A DNA stretch of 64,000 nucleotides, taken from contig NC_043022.1 of NCBI RefSeq assembly GCF_006345805.1, positions 13,020,001 through 13,084,000 of the forward strand. The letters are read 5' to 3'. Origin of the DNA: Octopus sinensis (Eukaryota). Of the stretch, positions 12,861-23,221 are shown piece after piece; positions within the stretch are counted from its first letter, which is position 1; each line of letters begins with the position of its first letter. The notes under the pieces are model-generated. The model saw only the letters and a list, made by a program, of their open reading frames with translations, had not been told where the DNA came from and made no database searches. The translations under genes were made by a program, and so were the position numbers.

Positions 12861-14171
12861 CAAAGAAATGGGGAAGGGGTGTAATGTATAACAGAGAGGT
12901 GATCAGGGGAAGTTGGATACAGAGTATGACAAAGGCATGGCAGGCGTTAGATGTGATGGCTGAGAAAGATAAGGGGACAGAAGGTGGATGTAATGTAGTA
13001 CAAAAACATGGGAGCAGAGCAGACATAATAGATGTAATGTATGAGGAACTTATCTAACAGCAGCCTACACCTCCAGTCAACAATCTTTAAAAAAAAAGGT
13101 AGGGAGGTTACATTAAATAATGTAGTCCTAGGTACACTATATCTGAAATAAAAGAGGGGACGATTGTGACTAGAACATCCCTGATTACACAAGATTTCCA
13201 GGGTCTGGACTGAATATGGCTAAAAACAAGCAATGCCCAAATACCGTATTTGGAGGCGTAAAAAATACTCAGGCTACTTAGACAGACCCCAATTTCAGTA
13301 GAGCATATTTTGTTGTTGTTGTTGTTTAACGTCTGCTTTCCCTGCTGGCATGGGTTGGACAGTTTGATTGAGGACTGGCGGGGCAGATGGCTGCACCAAA
13401 CTCCAATCTTGATCTGGCAGAGTTTCTACAGCTGGATGCCCTTCCTAACGCCAACCATTCTGTGAGTGTAGTGAGTGCTTTTACATGCCACCAGCATGAA
13501 GGCCAGTCAGGTGGTACTGGCAACGGCCACGCTTGAAATGTTGTTTTTTACGTCCTGATACAAATTTTTTTTCCTTTCATACATTTAGCTTTACCCTGTA
13601 AGTTACACCCCCAGGTATTTTTGTTTAGTATAAATAGTATAAAATAGTATGTCTTATACATCGGTCATTACAGTATACATTACCACCATCATCGTTTAAT
13701 GTTCGTTCAGGTGAAAAAATATTTGAGTGCATTCAAGTGTATGGGAAGGCTAGGGTGATATCCTGAGACATTTCTTTTTTCAGAAACAAAATGCATGATA
13801 TACCATAAAATATGGTATAAAACTCTGTGTGATCTTTATATCCAACTTAGCATGGATGTTTTATTAGAACACTGAATACTACATAATTAGCCTTGGGTGA
13901 TCCTCTCATACAGGTGTCAGTGTATAAAACCACACTATCTCTGTTTGTGCTTTTATGCATTAAAAGCCAACACGAGAGGATCTCTCGAGGCTGGGAATGC
14001 AGTATTCGGTGTTCTAACAAAGACATCCAGCTTTAATTGGATATAAAGATTGCTTTTTGATATTTTAGACTGCTTCCTTCGCTAATAATTACTGAATATA
14101 TATATAGGACACCATGATAAATCATTAGCTACTATACGCATTTTTTTTCTCTCCTTGTTTTTTTCTGTGTA

Positions 14172-14209
14172 TCTTTCTGTCAAAGAGTGTTGGCTTGAAA
14201 CGTAAAAGA
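14172..14209 (+). ncRNA. Degenerate minimal hammerhead motif
   Basis: UCUUU-CUGUCAA-A-GAGU(GUUG)GCUU-GAAA-C/GU-A|AAAGA; same element family as 62318-62440 (-). Confidence 0.4.
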
Positions 14210-15978
14210 CTTTTTCTATTTCTGAGTGCCATACTAATACATTTGTTTGTTTTGTACACCACCTGCCTTCGTCTTTTGTTTATTTTCGTAAACTTACCCT
14301 TGATATATATATATATATATATATACACGCATACATACACACACACAACAGATTTGATGGCATAAAAGACGCATATGAAATGCACCCCAATTTCAGCTCC
14401 TCATATTTTGGGGGAAAAAAAGTTTTTCATGCATTAAAGCTTATGGGACCGGAGGTGGTTTTTAGGGACATTTTTTTCTTTTTTTTTTGAAAAAAAAACA
14501 TGCATCTTTTATGCATCGAATATGATAGTTATTTCTCTCTCTCTCACCATCCACCCTGTCACCATACCATGCTGCACACTGCAAACCCCCCACAGCCACC
14601 ACCTCTGCCTGATTCTGCTGTGATGTAACCGAACAAACACACACACACACACATCTCTTCCTTCATCAGTAATGTTGTTAACTGATGCAACAATGGTATT
14701 CGCACATTTATGACATGTCGGGTTACATAAGAACCGAACGGGCATCTTGCCAGATAATTAGCAACTACAAGGATACAATGGGATGGCGGCGGAGGGGGGG
14801 GTGAAAGAGAGGGCGAGGGAAAGTCAAAGGTGGAAGGAAGAGAGAGAGAGAGAGAAAGAGAATGGAATAAAAGGAATCCAGTTATTTGAGAAGAACGGTA
14901 AGAAGATGATTGTTTCTCAGTAAATAACCTTGACTGATGAGGAATTACTTTCGGTTGGCTCAGTGGCTCCATCAGAATCAGCCGATCGGTCGGTTGGTAT
15001 GTGAAGGGTGTTGTTTACCAAACTACAATCGGTGGTAAGCAGATCTGTGGTATTTATTACAGGGGTGTAGGGTGGCATCCGGGGGGGGGGGACTCGGCTA
15101 TAGTTAACAGCAATGGTTGTTGTTGTTGTTGTTGTAGTAGCTGAACCGACTAAAGACGTACATGTGTTGTGCGTAACGACAGAATCACTAGTTCAGTAGA
15201 TTCTGTTGTCGCTAGAAAAACACTTACTTCCATAGATTACATACACACACACGTACATATAAATATATACGTACACTACAAGGCAGTGGGTGCCCCAGCA
15301 TGGCCACAGCCTAATGAGCGAAACAAGAAAAACATTATAAAAATATACACACATACGTACATGTATAAACACAAGCACACACTTATACACACATTTATAC
15401 ATACACAAACACAAGCATACATATACACATGCTACATTTGATGACGTAAGTATATTGGATGCACCCCAATTCCAGCAGCGCATATTCAAGAAACAAAGAT
15501 TTTAGTGTGCAGAAGTCTATGAGAGGCCCAACTTCATAAATAGGATCTGGTGTGATGTTTTGAGACATTCTTTTTTTTTAGGGAAAAAACTCAATCACAT
15601 GTCATCCAACATGGTATCTCTTTACTCTTTTACTCGTTTCAGTCATTTGACTGCAGCCATGCTGGAGCACCGCCTTTAATCGAGCAAATCGACCCCAAGA
15701 CTTATTCTTTGTAAGCCTAGTTCTTATTCTATCGGTCTCTTTTGCCAAACCACTAAGTTACAGGGACGTAAACACACCAGCATCGTTTGTCAAGTGATAT
15801 TGGGGGGGGGGGACAAACACAGATGCACAAACACATACACATGTATATACATATATACATATATACGACGGGCTTCTTTCAGTTTCCGTCTACCAAATCC
15901 ACTCACAAGGCTTTTGTCGCTATATTAATTTATTGACAGTAAAACATCATAATTTTAATTCTTCATTCTAAGTGGCCT

Positions 15979-16009
<31 letters not shown>

Positions 16010-16570
16010 CATCATCACCATCGTCATTAACTTCCGTTGTCCATGAGGGCATGGATTGCACAATTTGACTGGGCTGATACGCTGGAAGGCTGCGCCAGGT
16101 TCCCGTCTGATTTGGCATGGTTTTCTACGGCTGGGTGCCCTTCTTAATGCCAACCACTCCGAGAGTGTAGTGGGTGCTTTTACGTGCCACTAGCACGGGT
16201 GCCATTTGCATGACACCAGTATCTGCCACGACTGCGATTTCTTGAGAACAATTTTTCTTAGTGGTCAGACCATATGGGGTCTTCCTCTAGCATATTAGGA
16301 ATCCACCTGGTGGTCATTCCTCTTATTTGTATGTCATATAATTTTTCTGAATCTTCAGATTTTTTTAAATATGCCAGGCCACTGGTTTAAATTGATATCA
16401 ATTTCTACCCTCATTATTTAACTTTAGATATATATATATACCGGAGTAAACACATAAATGTGAAACAAGGTGGAAAAAAGAGTACTCAAATACCAGTGGT
16501 AGAGTAATATGCTTTATTCAAAGCAGCAGAAAATTCAACAAAACCTGTTACTCTGAGTTTCCAGCAAAAA

Positions 16571-16608
16571 CTGTCCGATGAATGGCAACGGGAAACTCAG
16601 AGTAACAG
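16571..16608 (+). ncRNA. Minimal type-I hammerhead motif with degenerate stem II
   Basis: CUGU-CCGAUGA-AUG(GCAA)CGG-GAAA-CUC(A)GAG-UA|ACAG, followed by AATAAA at 16635-16640. Confidence 0.5.
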
Positions 16609-16659
16609 GTTTTGTTGAATTTTCTGCTGCTTTAAATAAAGTGTATATCTATATATGTT

Positions 16660-16965
16660 AGTTAGTTAGTTAATTTTGGCTCAAAAGCAAATAGCAAGGC
16701 CATGTAGGGGGACATGGAGTTAAGTACAAGGTGGTGTTCATGTAAAGAGTTCAGGCCACTTGAGGTCAAGGGAGACTTTGAACAAAGCGGTCGTCGGCAT
16801 CTTCACCATCTCGTCTGGCAGCTTGTTCCACGGATCCGCAAACCGGACGGAGAAATCCCCTCTCCTTCGATTGAGATGAAACCGTCGCAGATAGAGCTTT
16901 TCGGAATGACCCCGCAACCGACGCTCTGGAGCAGGAGTGAAGAACAGCTCTTTCGAGAGGTTACA
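16660..16965 (-). mobile_element. Second CR1-like LINE family, 3' fragment
   Basis: Minus strand reads RLRGHSEKLYLRRFHLNRRRGDFSVRFADPWNKLPDEMV; (AACT)n tail. Confidence 0.8.
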
Positions 16966-17146
16966 CTTTCCGCTTATGATGTTGTGAGCGAGAATGAGAT
17001 CACCACGGCGGCGGCGTTTTTCTATATATATATATATATATAATTTTTAATAAGCAGTGACTCAAGAGCCAATTAAAAGTGTGTGTGTGGGTGTGTGGTG
17101 TGCAGGTAAAAACGACAAGCAATTCCCTTTACTCAGTGCCACTTAC

Positions 17147-17265
17147 CTTTAATACAAAGTCTGGTGGAGTCCCTGGTTTCACTGTTTGACGTAAAACTCC
17201 ATCATGGTGGGAGTGGATTAAAGTTTCATCAAGATCCAATACTAAGGTCTTTCGTTTCAGCATAC
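17147..17265 (-). CDS. CTDNEP1: CTDNEP1 third coding exon (119 nt) with catalytic DxDxT motif
   Basis: ttgcag|GT ATG CTG AAA...TTA AAG|gtaagt encodes (S)[39 protein letters not shown]; DLDET is HAD motif I; phase joins the previous exon. Confidence 0.97.
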
Positions 17266-18119
17266 CTGCAACAATAAATTGGGGAGTTAGCATCTACAGC
17301 GCTGGATTCACCATTAAGCAAAATAAGCACGTGCTTAGGCCATCAAGGGAAGGAAGGGGGGGGGCGCCGCCAAAGAAATGGTAAATGGTCTACGGCACAA
17401 AAGAAATCACTCTCAACTTGCTAAAATAATATTTGAGATGCCTTTATCTCTACTAAGTATAGATGCAGATGTGCAGATGCGTAAACCTCCACCAAGGCAA
17501 CACCAACGTCCTCACAATTATGATTTTGCATAAGCCTCTGAGCAGGTGTGACCAAGCTTTTGGCAAAATTTGATGCAGATTTTCTGCTCAACTTTCTCTG
17601 TTATGGTCCATGCGACGATCACACACTACACACCTTCCTTCCAAGCACTGCTGTAAACAGCAGAAGTGAGGTAGAACATTAAAACTTAATGCACGTGCAC
17701 AGCAGAGCTCAAGGTCAATCTGTGCCAAGGGGCTTCACTCTGTTACTATGGCAACAATCTGGATATTTATTGATCGGACCATGGATATATTCTTTTACTC
17801 ATTTCAGTCATTTGACTGCAGCCATGCTACAGCAATGCCTTGAAAGGTATTAGTCAAACAAATCAACCCCAGGACTTATTCTCTGTAAGCCTAGTACTTA
17901 TCCTATTAGTTTCTTTTGTCAAACCACTAAGTTACAGGGAAGTAAACACACCAATACCGGTTGTCAAGCAGTGATGGAGGTACAAACACAGATACATAAA
18001 TTACATATATATATATATATATAGTTAAAGTTAATCCAAACAAGAAAACACAAAAAAACACAACAACGCGAGGACGTGGAACAAATATAGTATTATTGGA
18101 CACTCAGGGAAGAAGGAGG

Positions 18120-18154
18120 GTTTAACGTTTCGAGCGGAGCTCTTCGTCGGAAAC
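18120..18154 (-). ncRNA. Minimal type-I hammerhead motif (variant core) in a Penelope-like remnant
   Basis: GUUU-CCGACGA-A-GAGC(UCC)GCUC-GAAA-C/GU-U|AAAC; all three stems pair; U4C, an extra A after A9, and a GUU site. Confidence 0.6.
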
Positions 18155-18430
18155 ATAGTAGAAGGGAAGACAGAGGGAAAAAAAAAATCGCCAATGGTAC
18201 ACACGAGGTCACATTTTGATATATATATATATATATATACATATACACACACACACACACACACACGACAAACTTCTTTCAGTTTTCGTTTACCAAATCA
18301 CAAGGCTTTGGTTGGCCCAAGGCTATAGTAGAAGACACTTGTCCATGGTGCTATGCAGTGGGACTGAACCTGGAACCATGTGGTCAGAAAGCAAGCTTCT
18401 TACCACAGCCATGCCTGCACCTATTATATA

Positions 18431-18461
<31 letters not shown>

Positions 18462-19144
18462 ATCGCCACTTAAACATAAATGCTTTTTTAGAACAAACTG
18501 TACTCCAGTAGTTACCATGAGAGAAATTTTCATATTGGCATTTTTGGAGCAAAATGCACTCTTGCTTATGAACGCTATAAATACACTTATGCCTCTCTGT
18601 GTGTGTGTGTTGTGGTGGTGGTGGTGGTGGTGGTGGTGGGAATGTTAGTGGTGGAAATGGCTTTGGTAGTGACTGACAGTGTCAGATGTAATTGTGGAAA
18701 GGAAGTGGGGGAAGAGCATGTAGGGATGGGTGGTGGATGGCCCGTGGACTCTCAAATGTAGATGACACAGCAATATCAGAAATCAGGTTGGGGCAGAGAG
18801 AGGGGGGAGGGGGACAGGGTTTTACCAGGTAACACCCTCCCCATTAACATCACCACCAGCAAAGTGGGAAGTACAATATATATATATATTATATATATAT
18901 AATTTCAACAATTGAATCTTGAAACGTACGTTCTCGAATAACCTTAGCATTTGATTTTTCGATGTCCTTACCCCCAAACTTTTGTGAGTTGAATTAAGCA
19001 AACACTATATATGAGAGAGATTTTCTTTAAGTATTAGAAATAGCTTTAAAAAAGTTTTTTAGCTGCTATTTCTAATGAGTTCAGTATGCGGCAAAGTAAT
19101 TTATTTTACTAAGCCCTTTTATATAATGTAATAATATATATATA

Positions 19145-19184
<40 letters not shown>

Positions 19185-19191
19185 TATATAT

Positions 19192-19222
<31 letters not shown>

Positions 19223-20858
19223 CAATAAGAAAGTGGAGGGGATCAATAGGTGGTTCATCAACTTTTAGACATTATATTATGTCAAAAATAAACATACTGA
19301 CATAATATAATGTCTAAAAGTTCATGAACCACCTGTTGATCCCCTCCATTTTCTTATTGCTCTATAAATTAATGGTAAAATATCTCTTTACCTTCACCCA
19401 TTTAGTACACTCAGTAATGTAATTGCAAGGCAATAAAAAAAACACTTGTGTATTAATAATTGGGTATTCTACCAGCAGTATACTGGATGGATATTATCCC
19501 TTAGTGGGTTGGATTCACAACCTCTAACTTTCTTGGAATTATGTGTATATATATATATATATATATATTCTTTTATTCTTTTATTTGTTTCAGTTATTTT
19601 GATTGCGGCCATGCTGGAGCACCACCTTTAGTCGAACAAATCGACCCCAGGACTTATTCTTTGTAAGCCCAGTATTTATTCTATCGGTCTCTTTTGCCGA
19701 ACCGCCAAGTTAAGGGGACGCAAACACATCAGCATCGGTTGACAAGCGACGTTTGGGGGACAAACACAGACATACAAACATATATGCATATATATATATA
19801 CGACGGGCTTCTTTCAGTTTCCGTCTACCAAATCCACTCACAAGGCTTTGGTCAGCCCAAGGCCATAGCAGAAGACACTTGCCTAAAGTGCTCCACAGTG
19901 GGACTGAACCCGGAACCATGTGGTTGGTAAGCAAGCTACTTACCACACAGCCACTCCTACACCTATATATATATATGACTAATCCTTCAAAACAGGTAGT
20001 ACACCCACTCTGACTGAAGTAGGGTGATAGAGTGTGTGTGTGTATTTATATATATATAACAAAAAAACATTGTCACCTGTCACAACAACAACCACCAAAC
20101 AAGGCTTTGACAGCTGTTTACAAAAGTTGTAATTCTTTTGTTCTGTACTGCTTACACTAAGGGCAAGGGACTATTAAATCTCTCCCTATTATCCTTAAAA
20201 TAAGGACCACAACATCTACCAATCAGAAGATCTCAATATAGACACCTGATCTTAACCCCTTTAGCATTTAAACCAGCCATATCCAACCAAAGTGTTCTTC
20301 CTGCTTTGTGTTCAAACTGGCCACATCTGGCCTCTTACACCTACTCTACAATGCAATTTCAAAAATATACAAACACACCATCAACATCTTGAGATAATGT
20401 ATGGTTAATTCGTAACAAACACCATCCGATCGTGGCCGTTTGCCAGCCTTGCCTCGCCTCCGTGCTGGTGGCACATAAAAAGCACCATCCGAGCGTGGCC
20501 GTTCACCAGCCTCGTCTGGCACCTGTGTCGGTGGCACTTAAAAAGCACCCACTACACTCACGGAGTGGTTGGCGTTAGGAAGAGCATCCAGCTGTAGAAA
20601 CACTGCCAGATCAGACTGGAGCCTGGTGCAGCCTTCAGGCTTCCCAAACCCCAGTTGCACCGTCCAACCCATGCCAGCATGGAAAGTAGAGGTTAAACGA
20701 TGATGATGATGAAGTATTGCCATTTGAGAGAATAATTTGAAAGCTTAAAGGGTCAATATAACAACCAAATAAAGTCCTGGGGTCGATTTGCTTGACTAAA
20801 GGCGGTGCTCCAGCATGGCCGCAGTCAAATGACTGAAACAAGTAAAAGAGAGTAAAGA

Positions 20859-20890
<32 letters not shown>

Positions 20891-21345
20891 TCATACAGTA
20901 ACACCTGACTTTATGAAGACCCACGTTACAAGATCCTGGGTTTACGAGTTTTATTTTTCAAGCTCAAGATCCAAATATTGAACGAAGTTCACAAGTTTCT
21001 TCTCCCATAACAAATGCTTCTGTGTGTTACCGAGAAATCTACAGAGAGCAAAAAAGAAGCTTCTTCTAAGCAGACAACTCTAGACCTGTTTTTAAAAAAG
21101 ACATCTATGAGTCCGTCCATGAGTGCTTGTGAATCGATGATCGTGTCTACAAGTGATGATTTGCACAAGTCTAGTGCGAGGGAAAGTGATTCAGAAATCA
21201 TCATCATCATCGTTTAACGTCCGTTCTCCATGTTAGCATGGGTTGGACAGTTCGATCGGGGATCTGGGAAGCCAGAAGGCTGCACCAGGCTCCGGTCTTT
21301 TCTGGCAATATTTCTACAGCTGGATGCCCTTCCTAACGCCAGCAT

Positions 21346-21382
<37 letters not shown>

Positions 21383-23187
21383 TTTTTTCATTATAAATGA
21401 TCTTGACATTCTTTTTACTTTACATAAAATATTCTTTACATTCTACTGTAGTTTTATTACCATTTATTTACGAGTATTATAAATTCTACAGGTAAAATAT
21501 TTTTCTGGCCGGGGAGGGGGGCGAATTATGGTTTATAACATTGCTACTATTTTGTTTTTTTATTTAGTTTCAGCTCACGAGCTGTGGCCATGCTGGGGCA
21601 CTGCCATTATGGGAAATTATTGCTCTGCTTTACAAGTGGTCTTCAGGGGTGGGGTGGGAACAAATTAACTTGTATATCAAGACATTACTCTGTGTGTGTG
21701 TGTGCCCACCCATTCCCCATCCTGTGCGCTGCTTGACAACTGGCGCCTGTGTTTAACCCTAACTTAGTGTTTCTACAAAAGAGACCGGAAGCAGCAAGCC
21801 TTAAAAAGCTAAGTACCGGGGTTGACAGATTCAACTGAAAATTCAAGGTGGTGCCCCAGCATGGCCGTAGTCTAATGACTGAAATAAGTAAAAGAGAGAA
21901 GAAAGACATGGATGTATAGGCGCAGGAGTGGCTGTGTGGTAAGTAGCTTGCTAACCAACCACATGGTTCCGGGTTCAGTCCCACTGCGTGGCACCTTGGG
22001 TAAGTGTCTTCTGCTATAGCCCTGGGCCGACCAATGCCTTGTGAGTGGATTTGAGAGACGGAAACTGAAAGAAGTCTGTCGTATATATGTATATATATAT
22101 ATGTGTGTGTGTGTGTATGTTTGTGTGTCTGTGTTTGTCCCCCTAGCATTGCTTGACAACCGATGCTGGTGTGCTTACGTCCTGGGCTTACAAAGAATAA
22201 GTCCCGGGGTCGATTTGCTCGACTAAAGGCGGTGCTCCAGCATGGCCGCAGTCAAATGACTGAAAAGAGTAAAAGAGAGTATCAAAGGTGTGGTCGTTGA
22301 AGCCGCTAGAAAGAGCAGCCAAATCTCTTTCTACTGTCTTGAAACAAAAAGAAAAACGAAAAGACAAGAGATAGTCACTGGTTGGGTGAAATTGTGAGAA
22401 AGATGGGAGTTGATGGTGAATGCTTCAAGGTTTTATAAAATCTAAATGTGGCAGCTGGAGTGGGGGGGGTAAGATGAAGATGGAGGAAACATAGCAGAGG
22501 ATTGGGGAGGGGGTGGATTTAAAAGGAGGAGGCTGGGGAAGGTGGGGAGGGGTGTTATAAAAGCCAGATGAAGTAAGAGTGTAGAGGTGCCTGGGGGTGG
22601 AGGGGATTAAGCTATGGCTTGAGAGAGATGAAAGGAGGTGAGAGAGGTGGTCCAAGACCCAGTCTCAGTAGAATGGAATGTGGTAGCAGAGGAGTGAGGG
22701 GGGAGGGGGTACAGCCTACTTACCCCCCCCCCCCGTCACCACCACAGCTGCTGCTTGTAAGGCTACCATCTAAGCCATTTACTGCCCACCACCACCACCG
22801 CCATCACCATACTATCTGCCGATGCCCCGCCCCCCCACAGGCAACCATCCCCTCACCTCTGGTACCAGGGTGAATGGGGTGGGTGGGTAGGTAGGTAGAT
22901 GGTTACACAGACCAGCTCCTTGTGTCCTTTATCACAGAGATAAGAAGAAGAAGAAAAAAAAACACTTTCTCCCTTCTATGCAAAGTTGTAAACAGCAGGA
23001 TTGGTGGGTCCACCCAGACAGACAGACAGTGAGAGGGGGAAGACAGAGACGAAGGGGGCTACATGTCTGCAGAACACACAACCACACACACACACACACA
23101 AGTAACTTCTGCCATCATCACTAACCCCCACCTAGTCACTCTTCAAATATGAGTTAATTTATAAACTTTGCTGTGTGTGTGCACACG

Positions 23188-23221
<34 letters not shown>

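Noticed and set aside
12219-13026. His/Pro-rich ORFs of 200-258 aa
   Set aside because: Minus-strand read-through of the 28-bp minisatellite.
14934-14960. CUGAUGA as another hammerhead (also at 26681, 27229, 38763 and 45100)
   Set aside because: No correctly spaced GAAA with paired stems I and III.
19365-19390. DILPL match to CTDNEP1 exon 2
   Set aside because: No splice sites, adjacent to a palindromic repeat, and the true exon was found at 32842-32908.
22500-22560. G-run cluster as a G-quadruplex
   Set aside because: It needs a 21-nt loop and lies on the non-mRNA strand; such purine tracts are common in this window.
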